Below, piece by piece: positions 1-9,807 of a stretch of DNA of 64,000 nucleotides (its first letter is position 1; each line of letters begins with the position of its first letter). The DNA is taken from contig CBDFIJ010000004.1 of the NCBI GenBank assembly GCA_965248055.1, forward strand, positions 2,464,001 through 2,528,000, written 5' to 3'. A program made the position numbers and the translations under genes. Under the pieces are notes generated by a model. The model worked only from the letters and a program-made list of their open reading frames with translations. It was not told the origin of the DNA and made no database searches. Source of the stretch: Candidatus Multivoradales bacterium. Its GTDB lineage: Bacteria; Acidobacteriota; Thermoanaerobaculia; Multivoradales; JAHEKO01.

Positions 1-35
1 GCGACGAAGCGGCGAAGGACTAAAGCTCGCAGGTT

Positions 36-1599
36 ATGTTCTTGCAGCCAGTGATCGAATCCGGTCGAGCCATACAGCCCCCGTGGTGGCTCGCCACCCT
101 TGCTCTTGCACTGGTGCTGTATACGCCAATACCCACCTTCTTACGGCATCACGACTGGCCATCTTTGGGGGAGACAGCTTGGTTCTGGCCGGACTAATTA
201 GGCTGTTGGCGCCGGAGTACAACAGTTTCCCGGAGCTCGATCGGCCAAGGGGACGGCGTTTTTCCTTGGCGGTGCGATCGGGCTTTGCGTTGACGTTCAG
301 TTTCAATCTTCTCACCCACTGTGGCTACTCGTGATTTACACGGTTGCCGCTGGGCTGGCACTAGCTTCTCCGCACTAGTTCTGCAGCCACACACAACGAG
401 CATATTGGCTAGCGGGAATTCCTGAAGAGATCCCCGGAGCAGTGGAAGCGAGCGAACTGATGCGCGAAACCTATCTCTCGTGTGGCATTTGACTCTACGA
501 GCGAGCGTATTCGCTGCACTTCAACACTCTGGAGTCACCCGCTTCGTTGTTGGATGCCAGAGATCGAACAACCCAAAAGCTTAAGAGCGGCGACCGAGTG
601 TTCGGCGAAATAAGAAGTGCATCAGTGTTAGAGAAGATGAAGCTGAGTGGCTATTAACTTCGGATCTACCAAACAATTGGTTGGATCTGTGCTCGGTGCC
701 TGAGGCCACACCCACCAGTTGCTATAGCTGTGACGTTTGGGGCGTCAGTAGAGTTCTTTCCACACAGGAGAGGCGCCTTGATCGTGTCCGAATATATCGC
801 CGAAGTACTAGTGCAGCGATCGTGGGTAGTGCATCGAGTTCAATGGACCCTTAAGGAGTGGATTGGCCGCAAGCGTCGTCCAGTACTACCGGTAGGTTGG
901 AAGCTGAGTGCGAGACGGCCCGGCCCGCTGGCTGTCATCCCTACGATTGAACGGTTGCGCGCTGATGCCCAGCAGTCACCAGGAGGCGCGGTATTTCTGG
1001 CCCATCTTCTACACCCGCATGGCCCTTTCGTCTACGACGGCCAATGTCGAACCAAACCAGTGCAACAGTGGAAAGACAGGATGAAGGAAGACCGGAGGAA
1101 CTTTGACCCAGCGGCGCGCCAGGCATGGTATGTGGCATATCTGGAGCAGGTGTGCTGCGCAACACAGATGTTTGCTGAGCCGTTCGATGAGTTGCGAGAT
1201 TACCCTGGATTTGAAGATGCGGTTTACCTAATGCACGGAGACCATGGCTCACGGATTGCTGCTCGAAGACCCAGTTTGATCCGTAGTAAAGATCTCTCGG
1301 AAAGAGATCTCCTAGACTCCTACTCCACGCTACTGGCAGTTCGAGCACCATCGATGGAGACTGGGATTGACCCTAGGCCGACGAGTATCAATCGTACTGT
1401 TGCCAGCTTCTGGAACGTCGACTATCAAGGGGCCTCTAGCGACGGAGTTTGGCTGATCCCGGTCGGGAAAGATAGCCAAGTTCCGTTGGCACGTCTTTGG
1501 CCAACAACCGGCAACGAAGACCACCCCGACCCCAGCGATCCAACTATTTGGAACAAACAGCGCCACTTTGTCCCATTGAGAGCTACGCCCCGGCTATGA
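36..1599 (+). pseudogene. Degraded membrane-anchored sulfatase/alkaline-phosphatase-superfamily gene; the 3' ORF 730-1599 is still open
   Basis: Fragments in shifting frames: hydrophobic MFLQ..WWLATLALALVLYTP (36-197), EHIG/LAGIPEEIPG (shift near 409), in-frame TGA 490-492 and TAA 655-657. The downstream ORF has FLAHLLHPHGPFVYD and HGDHG metal-site motifs. Confidence 0.65.
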
Positions 1600-2741
1600 T
1601 TAGCATCATGAAAGTTCCGGTGTTTAATCTGAGTCGAGCTGAGCAACGAATCGCCGTAGAACTCGACCGCCGCTGGGCAGATGCGCGTCAACGGACTGCG
1701 TTTGTCGGTGGTGATGAGGTGGCGGAGTTTGAGGCCGCTTGGTCTCAGTTTCTCGATCCGGTGGACCCAGTTGGCTGCGTTGGCGTTGCCAATGGTACGG
1801 ATGCCTTGGAACTCTCGATGCGGGCTCTTGAAATCATGCCCGGCGATGAGGTGTTAGTACCGGATTTCACCTTTGTCGCGACTGCGTCCGCGGTCGCTCT
1901 CGCCGGTGGAACCCCAGTGCTGGTTGATGTCGATCCCAAGACCTTGAACATTAATTTCGATCAGGCGGAAACTCTGGTCAACGAACGGACCGTTGGTTAC
2001 ATTGGGGTCCATTTGTACGGATGCCCCTACGATCTCGACCGCGGCGCTGAGTTTGCCAAGCGCCATGGTTTGTGGGTGATTGAAGATGCGGCGCAAGCCC
2101 ACGGTGCTCGCTGGGATGGTGCTCGGGTAGGGGCCCTGGGTGATCTTGCGACCTGGAGTTTCTATCCTTCCAAGAACTTAGGCTGTTTTGGTGATGGCGG
2201 GGCGGTTACCGGCAGAGACGATGCCTTGGTTCAGAGAGTCCGTAAGCTCGCCGACCACGGACGGCAAGAGCATTATTGGCATGACCGCGTTGGTCGCAAC
2301 AGCCGCCTGGACGGACTACAGGCGGCGGTGCTGAATGCCCGGTTGCCAACCCTGGACGCCGACAATGAGCGTCGCCGCTCGATCGCTGCTCGCTATCGGG
2401 AGGTGATCGAACCGCTGCCCACGATCACGGCACTGTCGGTTGAAGACCGGGCCGAAGCGGTGTTTCACCAGTTTACGATTTTGGTTGAAGACCGGGATCG
2501 GACGAAAGAAGAACTGGCAGAACTTGGTATTGGATCGGCGATTCACTATCCAGCACCGCTGCATGTCCAGCCGCTATGGAAGGTGCGACCGGAGGTAGTC
2601 TGTGGCGACTACGCCGTGGCTGTGCGGGCCGCTCAACAGGTGTTGTGCCTGCCTATGTTTCCGGAACTGACTGACGAAGAAGTCGAGACGGTAGCTGATG
2701 CTCTCCAGGTTGTGAGTGCGCAGGCCGTTCAGTTCGCCTGA
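1596..2741 (+). CDS. DegT/DnrJ/EryC1/StrS PLP-dependent sugar aminotransferase
   Basis: ANGTDAL, IEDAAQAHGA and SFYPSKNLG (PLP lysine) motifs; the ATG at 1596 forms an ATGA overlap with the upstream stop. Confidence 0.95.
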   Translation: MISIMKVPVFNLSRAEQRIAVELDRRWADARQRTAFVGGDEVAEFEAAWSQFLDPVDPVGCVGVANGTDALELSMRALEIMPGDEVLVPDFTFVATASAVALAGGTPVLVDVDPKTLNINFDQAETLVNERTVGYIGVHLYGCPYDLDRGAEFAKRHGLWVIEDAAQAHGARWDGARVGALGDLATWSFYPSKNLGCFGDGGAVTGRDDALVQRVRKLADHGRQEHYWHDRVGRNSRLDGLQAAVLNARLPTLDADNERRRSIAARYREVIEPLPTITALSVEDRAEAVFHQFTILVEDRDRTKEELAELGIGSAIHYPAPLHVQPLWKVRPEVVCGDYAVAVRAAQQVLCLPMFPELTDEEVETVADALQVVSAQAVQFA

Positions 2742-3997
2742 TTCTCTGGCAACCAATCGGGTCGAGGTAGTCGCACTAGCTGCAGGAGTGAAGCGACCAA
2801 TCGCTGGTCGGGGCCGGCTCGGTGAGGGGTATCGAACTGCCATACGACTTCCTGGTCTGAGGTGACTTCGATCGCCCGGCCCGCGTAGGATTCGACAATC
2901 AAGGTGTTGCCGTTGGTCAAACGCTGGACTACACCGGCTTCTGGAGAATCAAGGACTGGTTGGTTGATTTTGGGGTACGACCATTCGATCGCTCCTACTA
3001 GGGAGATTTCTAGAGCTCTACTGGTGCCATCGACGTTGCCGTCGTTGTCGAAGATCAGCAGATTGCCTCCAGAGAGCAGAACCGGCTCATGCTGCAAGCG
3101 AAATGGTCCTTGCTGGCCCCAAACTAGCTCTTCGGTGGTTGAATCGAGTATTCCGATGAAATGAATTTCTCTTGCGGAGAAGAGAATGTTGCCGGGTTGA
3201 AAGGCGGTTCCTGCCACTTGGCCTGCATCAAGCACCGACACTGTGTTGCAGTGGAGAATATCCGCGTGCCCTGGAATATCCTCAAGAACAGAGGACCATC
3301 TTGATCGAGAGATGGCGTCTAGGATGGAGAGCGTTCGTTGGACCTCTCCAGATTGCGGATCGATCCACACCAGATGATCGTTGAGAACCGGCTCTGCGCG
3401 CAGAGTGGGGCGATTATCGATGCTCTTGCTAAGCGTGACAATGGTCGGTTCGTCGCCTTCACCGTAGTCGAGATCGTTGTATACCCCCAGATCTAGCGAC
3501 CATCGAATCCGCCCGTTGATATCGACTCGTGCCAAACCACCTCCCTGCCACAAAACGATCAGGTCGCCGTCGGCAAGAAGATGAGCCCGTCGAATGAACC
3601 AGCCCCAGGTATCTTGGTTGCTGGGGCGGTTGGGAAACACTTCGTCGAAAGGAATCTGCCAGCGATGAAGGACTCTTCCCCGCATATCGATCAAGATCGC
3701 TTCAGAAGCATGCCCTGAGACATATAGGTTGACGCCATCTCCGGCGCGTTGCTGGTCGTAGACGCCCACCCCAGTCTTGCCATCCGTCGAATCGCGAGTG
3801 CCTGCCAGGTAGGGTAGCGACAAGCTCCGAGCGGCCAAATCTTTATTGCTCGCTGTGGGTGGTTGAAACGACCATCGCCCAGCCGGCCGTCGTTCGTTTT
3901 CTGCGATTTCAACCGTTTGCGATTCCGACCACCACAAGGTTATTGCGGTCAGAACTCCGGCCAGCAGCGCGCAGTAGAGCAAGGTTTGGCGTTTCAT
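2729..3997 (-). CDS. Arylsulfotransferase (ASST)-like beta-propeller protein with N-terminal anchor
   Basis: N-terminal hydrophobic segment; DILHCNTV, RLQHEP, LLIFDNDG and VQRLTNGNTLIVES motifs; start taken at MKRQ. Confidence 0.8.
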   Translation of the reverse strand: MKRQTLLYCALLAGVLTAITLWWSESQTVEIAENERRPAGRWSFQPPTASNKDLAARSLSLPYLAGTRDSTDGKTGVGVYDQQRAGDGVNLYVSGHASEAILIDMRGRVLHRWQIPFDEVFPNRPSNQDTWGWFIRRAHLLADGDLIVLWQGGGLARVDINGRIRWSLDLGVYNDLDYGEGDEPTIVTLSKSIDNRPTLRAEPVLNDHLVWIDPQSGEVQRTLSILDAISRSRWSSVLEDIPGHADILHCNTVSVLDAGQVAGTAFQPGNILFSAREIHFIGILDSTTEELVWGQQGPFRLQHEPVLLSGGNLLIFDNDGNVDGTSRALEISLVGAIEWSYPKINQPVLDSPEAGVVQRLTNGNTLIVESYAGRAIEVTSDQEVVWQFDTPHRAGPDQRLVASLLQLVRLPRPDWLPENQAN

Positions 3998-4045
3998 GGG
4001 TGGTGTATCGGGACTCCTCAAGGATTCGTCGGCTAGTATTCCTCG

Positions 4046-5581
4046 GTGACCCATTTACGCAAAGTTCTGATCGCCAACCGCGGTGAGATCACTGTGCGCA
4101 TTATTCGCGGCCTCAAGGAGCATGGAGCCTCGGCGGCGGTGGTCTATTCCGATGCCGACCGAGCTTCACTCGCGGTGAAGATGGCGGACGAGGCCTACCG
4201 CATCGGGCCAGCACCTTCGACCCAGAGTTATCTTCAAGGTGACGCGATTATCGAATTGGCGCTCGCGATCGAGGCGGATGGAATTCACCCAGGGTATGGA
4301 TTTTTGGCAGAGAATGCGAGCTTTGCCCGAGGGGTGAGGGAAGCAGGGATTACCTACATTGGACCATCGCCGGAGGCGATTGAAGCGATGGGTTCAAAGA
4401 TCCAGAGTCGTCAGCTGTTGAGTGAGGCGGGGGTTTCGCAGGTCCCAGGCGGTTTGGAAGCGCTCGGCAGTCTTGACGAGGCGGGAGAGCAGGCCGCAGA
4501 GATTGGCTATCCGGTCATGGTTAAGGCGTCAGCTGGTGGTGGCGGCAAGGGGATGCGGCTAGTGGAGTCCGCGGAGGAGCTAGCCGCTGCCTATCGTGCC
4601 GCACGCTCAGAGGCGGCTTCAAGCTTTGGCGATGACTCGGTTTATTTGGAGAAATTTCTAATTCGACCGCGTCATGTCGAGATTCAGGTTTTGGGCGACC
4701 AGCATGGAAACGTGATTGCCCTGGGCGAGCGGGAGTGCTCACTGCAACGACGCCATCAAAAAGTGGTCGAAGAAGCACCTTCGCCGGTAGTGGACCAGGA
4801 ACTCCGCGCTGCAATGAGCGCTGCGGCGGTCAAGGCAGCGAAGGCGGTGGGGTACACCAGCGCTGGGACGGTGGAGTTTCTGCTTGATGCGGAACAGAAT
4901 TTCTTCTTTCTGGAGATGAATACCCGATTGCAGGTAGAACACCCAATCACTGAATTGGTCACCGGAGTTGATTTAGTCGCATGGCAGCTCAAGATTGCCG
5001 AAGGAGCGACAATCCCGCTCGGATTGGTGCCGCAGAATCCACACGGCCATGCGATCGAAGTACGCCTTTATGCTGAGGATCCGAGCCGCAATTTCGCGCC
5101 TTCGCCCGGAGTTATCCGTCGGCTGCAATGGCCCGATGGCCCAGGTGTCCGGGTGGACGCTGGAGTGGAGCAAGGCGATGAAGTGACCGTTCACTACGAC
5201 CCGATGTTGGCCAAGCTGATTGTTTGGGGAAGTGATCGATCGACTGCAATAGAAAGACTGAGCCGCGCTCTGTCTGAGCTGCGCATCGAAGGGATCAGCA
5301 CCACCAAAGAGCTGTTTCAGAAGCTGGTTGAAGATGACCATTTCCGCACTGGGCAATTCGATATCGGTACCTTAGATCGGATGCTAAACGGTGAAGAGCA
5401 GGGTAATTCGATGAAACAAGATGCGAGCGAACAAGAGCAGACGCTCGCTCTGGCAATCGCCGCGATCGAACGGGAAAAGGAGGCCCGACGCTCCTCCCCG
5501 AGACTGCAGCCGGTCCGTTCCGGGTCGAGGCCGAATTGGACGAGTCGGGGTCGCGCAGAAGGCTTTGGCCAGGATTCCTAG
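4046..5581 (+). CDS. Biotin carboxylase subunit of an acyl-CoA carboxylase
   Basis: KVLIANRGE, HPGYGFLAEN, GGGGKGMR, RECSLQRRHQK, EMNTRLQVEH. Confidence 0.95.
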   Translation: MTHLRKVLIANRGEITVRIIRGLKEHGASAAVVYSDADRASLAVKMADEAYRIGPAPSTQSYLQGDAIIELALAIEADGIHPGYGFLAENASFARGVREAGITYIGPSPEAIEAMGSKIQSRQLLSEAGVSQVPGGLEALGSLDEAGEQAAEIGYPVMVKASAGGGGKGMRLVESAEELAAAYRAARSEAASSFGDDSVYLEKFLIRPRHVEIQVLGDQHGNVIALGERECSLQRRHQKVVEEAPSPVVDQELRAAMSAAAVKAAKAVGYTSAGTVEFLLDAEQNFFFLEMNTRLQVEHPITELVTGVDLVAWQLKIAEGATIPLGLVPQNPHGHAIEVRLYAEDPSRNFAPSPGVIRRLQWPDGPGVRVDAGVEQGDEVTVHYDPMLAKLIVWGSDRSTAIERLSRALSELRIEGISTTKELFQKLVEDDHFRTGQFDIGTLDRMLNGEEQGNSMKQDASEQEQTLALAIAAIEREKEARRSSPRLQPVRSGSRPNWTSRGRAEGFGQDS

Positions 5582-5595
5582 GGTAGAAGCCGGCT

Positions 5596-6141
5596 ATGAA
5601 GTGGATAACCCAATGCAAAACACAGTCTGGTGATCGGCAAGAAACTGTCGAAGTAGGGATTCTTGGCGATCCCCCCTTGAAGGTCACTGTGGGTAGGCAA
5701 GAATTGGAGATCGATCTGGTTGGCGGTAGCAACAACGGTCGGCTAACGAGCGTCTACAGCGCTATCGTCGACGGTCAGCAGACAGAAATCGGAGCGACCA
5801 GAGTGGCGCTGGATCGCTATGCGATTTCGATCAATGGCCGAAATTTGGAGGTTTTGGTGAACGATCAACTGACCATCTTGGCCCGTCGAGGTGAGGCCAA
5901 GAAGGGAGGTCGTGGCAACGGACTGGTGAGTGCCTACATGCCAGGAAAGGTGGTCGCGGTACTGGTGTCGGAAGGCGAGGCTGTGGTCGTTGGCCAGGGC
6001 GTCGTGGTCTTGGAAGCGATGAAAATGGAGAACGAAATCCAAGCTGAGATCGATGGAGTGCTAGCCAAGATCCACGTCAAACCGGGTCAACCGGTGGAGG
6101 GCAATGACCCACTGTTTGAGATTCATCCTCCGAACGAATGA
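5596..6141 (+). CDS. Biotin carboxyl carrier protein with N-terminal extension
   Basis: EAMKM biotinylation motif in the C-terminal domain. Confidence 0.92.
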   Translation: MKWITQCKTQSGDRQETVEVGILGDPPLKVTVGRQELEIDLVGGSNNGRLTSVYSAIVDGQQTEIGATRVALDRYAISINGRNLEVLVNDQLTILARRGEAKKGGRGNGLVSAYMPGKVVAVLVSEGEAVVVGQGVVVLEAMKMENEIQAEIDGVLAKIHVKPGQPVEGNDPLFEIHPPNE

Positions 6142-6186
6142 GCGTAGGACGCCGAAGGTGCCGCCCAGTTTGCACTGGCTAGCGCT

Positions 6187-7230
6187 CTAGAGGCTGGAAT
6201 CAATCCTGGTCTCAAGCCAACTGAAGAAGGTCGATTCCGGTTGAGACGCTATGCGCATCTCCCACAATGCCCCCTCGATTCGCCCCAGCAATTTGACTGC
6301 GTCCTTGGCGGTAGTCAAGATTGCTTCAGCTCCGGTTTCCTCTTTGACACGCTGAATTTCCTGCAGGCTGGCCTCAGGATAAGCATGGTGATCTCGATAG
6401 GAAAGTGCTGAGACGATATTGGCTCCAGCGTCTTCGGCGTTTGAAAGAAAACCGGCATCGTCGGCGACTGCGCTGACCGCTACCACCTTGGTTCCGGTCG
6501 GGTCCCTGGGTTGCTGATCGGTGACCGAGACCACTTCTGTCGTGCTCGTCGGTGCGACAAATCCAGGACCAGAAAAGCCGCGGGCAGACAGAGCTTCGGC
6601 AAACCGACGACCGTTGGTGACCTTGGCTTCGATGGTCTCCTCATCGCCGGTGACCACCACCGCGTCTGCGTAACGCACTGCGGATAGTGGTTCCCGCAGC
6701 CGCCCAGATGGAACGAGCCTTCCGCCCGCAAACAAACGTCGCGCCGGGAAAGCCAAGATGTCGACATCGCGCGCCAAGCGTAGATGGGAAAAACCGTCAT
6801 CGAGAATAAACAAGGATGGGCTCGGGTCGAGAGCCTCAAGAGCGAAGGTGCCGGCCTGGAAGCGATCTTCTCCGACCACCACCGCAACACCTGGAAGCAT
6901 CCCGGCGAGCAGTACTGGCTCATCCCCCCCCAACCCCGGCCCAACCAAAGGGCCTTGGCCATGACTGACCACACGAATTCCGGGCTTGCTGCGACCGTAG
7001 CCACGGGACAGGATCGCAACTTGATATCCCTGATCCCGAAGGTGACCGGCGACTGCGGCGGTGAGCGGGGTCTTGCCGCTGCCCCCGTAGTGCAAATTGC
7101 CAATGCTGATCACCGGGACGGCCAGGCGCCGACAGCGCTTCTGCCAGTAGCGTCGTCGCCGCTGGAGAACCCAGCCGTACAACAATTGCCACGGTGAGTG
7201 GGATTGAGTCGGGAGTTTGGCGGTAGTCAT
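6187..7230 (-). CDS. lpxK: Tetraacyldisaccharide 4'-kinase
   Basis: ISIGNxxxGGSGKTP, LSRGYG, GDEP, LDDGFSH, GRLREP, TTAKDAVK. Confidence 0.95.
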   Translation of the reverse strand: MTTAKLPTQSHSPWQLLYGWVLQRRRRYWQKRCRRLAVPVISIGNLHYGGSGKTPLTAAVAGHLRDQGYQVAILSRGYGRSKPGIRVVSHGQGPLVGPGLGGDEPVLLAGMLPGVAVVVGEDRFQAGTFALEALDPSPSLFILDDGFSHLRLARDVDILAFPARRLFAGGRLVPSGRLREPLSAVRYADAVVVTGDEETIEAKVTNGRRFAEALSARGFSGPGFVAPTSTTEVVSVTDQQPRDPTGTKVVAVSAVADDAGFLSNAEDAGANIVSALSYRDHHAYPEASLQEIQRVKEETGAEAILTTAKDAVKLLGRIEGALWEMRIASQPESTFFSWLETRIDSSL

Positions 7231-8510
7231 CGGGAGTCTTGAGGCGTCTGCCAGCGCGCAATGATTGGCTCCAGAAAGCGCAGAGTATCGGCTAGCGCTC
7301 CGCGTCCTTGCTGCACCAGCCGTTGGGCACGTTCACCAATCTGGGACGCTCGTCGCGGATGATCAAGCCAAGCTTGCCAGGTGTCTCCGAGTTCTTGCGC
7401 GCCGGATACTCGTTTCCAAGCTTCGGTGCGGTCGAATACTTCGGCGATCGTGCGAAAATTCTCCATCGAGGGGCCGACCGCGATCGGTACGCCAAACACC
7501 GCCGGTTCAAGAGGGTTGTGCCCGCCGGTTGGAACCAAGGTTCCGCCGACAAAAGATGCCTGCGCCACACGATACAAACTGGCCAATTCGCCGACCGAAT
7601 CCAGCACCACGATGTCGACGTTCTTAGCCATGGGTTCCTGCTGTGGATCGTCAAGCTGGCTGCGCAGGACGGCCCGGTAGCCTCGTTTTGCGCAGAGCTC
7701 CAAAACCCGGGCTCCTCGTTCGGGATGACGCGGAGCGAGAATCAAAAGAGTCTTTGCGCTCACTTGCTCCAAGGCATCAAGAACAAACTGTTCCTCGCCC
7801 TCCATACACGACCCGGCAATCAAGATCGGGCGTGTACCCGCGAAGCGTTGAATGGCGAATTCGAGAGCAGATTCGGCACTTGGAATCGGCGTGTCGAACT
7901 TCAAATTCCCTGTCACCTCGATCCTTTGGTTGTCAACACCCAGTTGGATAAGGCGGTCCATGTCCTGCTGGCTCTGAACACCAAATCGGCTAATCGACCC
8001 GAAGTAGGCTCGTGTGAGAAATCGCGGCAAGCGCTGAAGACGGCGAAAGGAGCGGTCGCTGATGCGACCGTTGATGACATAGGCCGGTATTTCACGCCGG
8101 CGCAAGGTGGAGAGGAGAAACGGCCAGTAGTCTCCTTCGACGAGCACCAAGGCGACTGGCTGAGCCCAGCGCAGGAATCGCTTGATGGGCAAGAAGAGAT
8201 CAAACGGCAGGTAGCTGAGTTCGATTCGACTCCCCAGAAGTCGTTCGGCGGACCGTTGCCCAGTTGGGGTCACGGTGGTCAGTGTAACCCTTCCCAGGGC
8301 CGGGAGATTTCGCGCCAAAACGGCAGCTACGCCCACTTCTCCCACGGAAACGGCGTGAATCCACAAGGAATTTTTTCCGTCGCTGTCGGTGTTGGGACCG
8401 AGAAAACGGCTTTTTAACGTGGGCACGTAGTATGCACCCCTGGCGAGCAGGAGGAACGGTGCAGAGATGATCAGCAGCACCAGGTAGATTGGTTGATGAA
8501 TCCAACGCAT
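7227..8510 (-). CDS. kdtA: Kdo transferase
   Basis: WIHAVSVGE, TGNLKFD, APRHPER, GGHNPLEPA; start taken at MRWIHQ. Confidence 0.95.
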   Translation of the reverse strand: MRWIHQPIYLVLLIISAPFLLLARGAYYVPTLKSRFLGPNTDSDGKNSLWIHAVSVGEVGVAAVLARNLPALGRVTLTTVTPTGQRSAERLLGSRIELSYLPFDLFLPIKRFLRWAQPVALVLVEGDYWPFLLSTLRRREIPAYVINGRISDRSFRRLQRLPRFLTRAYFGSISRFGVQSQQDMDRLIQLGVDNQRIEVTGNLKFDTPIPSAESALEFAIQRFAGTRPILIAGSCMEGEEQFVLDALEQVSAKTLLILAPRHPERGARVLELCAKRGYRAVLRSQLDDPQQEPMAKNVDIVVLDSVGELASLYRVAQASFVGGTLVPTGGHNPLEPAVFGVPIAVGPSMENFRTIAEVFDRTEAWKRVSGAQELGDTWQAWLDHPRRASQIGERAQRLVQQGRGALADTLRFLEPIIARWQTPQDSR

Positions 8511-8549
8511 GTGGGGGACGACAGACACGGCCCGAAGAGGCGGTGTCAG

Positions 8550-8568
8550 TATAATTCCTCGCGAGGGG
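8550..8568 (+). promoter_or_regulatory. Putative -10 box (TATAAT) and RBS of the type IV filament operon
   Basis: Perfect TATAAT at 8550-8555 in the 62-bp divergent gap, GAGGGG before ATG 8573; no clear -35. Confidence 0.45.
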
Positions 8569-8572
8569 TCGA

Positions 8573-9781
8573 ATGCAGTTTGTTTGCCGATTAGGAACCC
8601 CCGACGGACGGGTGGTAGAGGAAGTGCGCGAAGGAGCCAACCTTGCAGCATTGCGCACCGGCCTGGAAAAAACCGGCTACCATGTCTTTGAACTGCAGCC
8701 AGCCAGCATTGGATCGCGACTCCGTTTGCCGCGTTTTCGCTCGAAAATACCGTCCCGCGTGCTGATGATTTTCAATCAAGAGCTCGCTTCGCTACTCGGT
8801 GCCGGTCTACCTTTGGTTGAAGGGTTGGGGATGCTCGCGGCTCGCCAGAAGCACGCTGAGTTCGGCAAGATATTGACGGAGGCTCGGGATCGGATCGAAG
8901 GGGGAGAGAGTCTAGCCTCAGCGATCGAGTCGTTTGGCGAGAAGTTCCCTCCGCTCTACTCCGCGAGTCTGGAAGCGGGCGAGCAAAGCGGTGAGTTGGT
9001 GTCGGTACTCCGTCGTTTTGTTCGTCATCAAAAATTGCTCTTGGACGCCCAAAAGAAAACCGTGTCGGCGCTGGTTTACCCTCTCGTCTTGATTGTCCTG
9101 TCGATGGTCCTGATCGTGGTGATGGTGCTGGTTGTGATTCCCGCTTTTCAAGAGTTTTATGCAAGCTTCGACGATGCCCAATTGCCTTTGATAACCCGCA
9201 TTTTGGTTGGCGTCTCAGGTTGGGCACGGGCTAACTGGTTGATTTGGATTCCAGCAACAATCGCCTCGTTGCTCGCCATTCATCAACTGGGTCGAACCGA
9301 GGGCGGCAAGCGTTGGTGGGATCGGCAGAAGTTGCGTCTACCTCTTGTCGGTCGAGTTCTGCGACTGATTTCGCTTTCGGAATTTTGTCGCTCCTTGGGA
9401 ACCTTGCTCCACGCTGGTATGGCTTTGGTGCCATCTCTGGATACTTCGATTCGATCGGTCGGTAACGCGTGGGTACGGACCAGCATTAGCGGTATCCCTA
9501 AGCAGGTCAGCCAAGGGTCTTCGCTGTACCAGGCGATGGAAAAGACCGGTACCTTTGATGACCTGGCCATCGACATGGTCCAAGTGGGGGAGTCTTCTGG
9601 CGAACTGGCTGGGATGCTATCGACAGTCTCCGATTTTTTTGACGAAGAATCTGAGACCCGCATGGAAAGGGTGCTGAGCTTGGTCGAACCGTTGTTGCTG
9701 GTGTTTATGGGGGTGGTGATCGCGGCGATTTTGGTCGCCGTCTATTTGCCGTTGATCTCGATCGTCGGACAGTTGAACTAG
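8573..9781 (+). CDS. GspF/PilC family inner-membrane platform protein
   Basis: Two T2SSF repeats (ELASLLGAGLPL..AGEQSGEL; SLGTLLHAG..VGESSGEL), YP motif, three TM helices. Confidence 0.95.
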   Translation: MQFVCRLGTPDGRVVEEVREGANLAALRTGLEKTGYHVFELQPASIGSRLRLPRFRSKIPSRVLMIFNQELASLLGAGLPLVEGLGMLAARQKHAEFGKILTEARDRIEGGESLASAIESFGEKFPPLYSASLEAGEQSGELVSVLRRFVRHQKLLLDAQKKTVSALVYPLVLIVLSMVLIVVMVLVVIPAFQEFYASFDDAQLPLITRILVGVSGWARANWLIWIPATIASLLAIHQLGRTEGGKRWWDRQKLRLPLVGRVLRLISLSEFCRSLGTLLHAGMALVPSLDTSIRSVGNAWVRTSISGIPKQVSQGSSLYQAMEKTGTFDDLAIDMVQVGESSGELAGMLSTVSDFFDEESETRMERVLSLVEPLLLVFMGVVIAAILVAVYLPLISIVGQLN

Positions 9782-9807
9782 GGTATCGAAGAACTAGAGG
9801 TATCGAA

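Noticed and set aside
490-492. In-frame TGA as selenocysteine or recoded stop
   Set aside because: The same gene also has a TAA stop and frameshifts, and TGA is used as a normal stop throughout the window.
7308-8417. 369-aa ORF on the + strand
   Set aside because: Antisense shadow of kdtA with no recognisable motifs.
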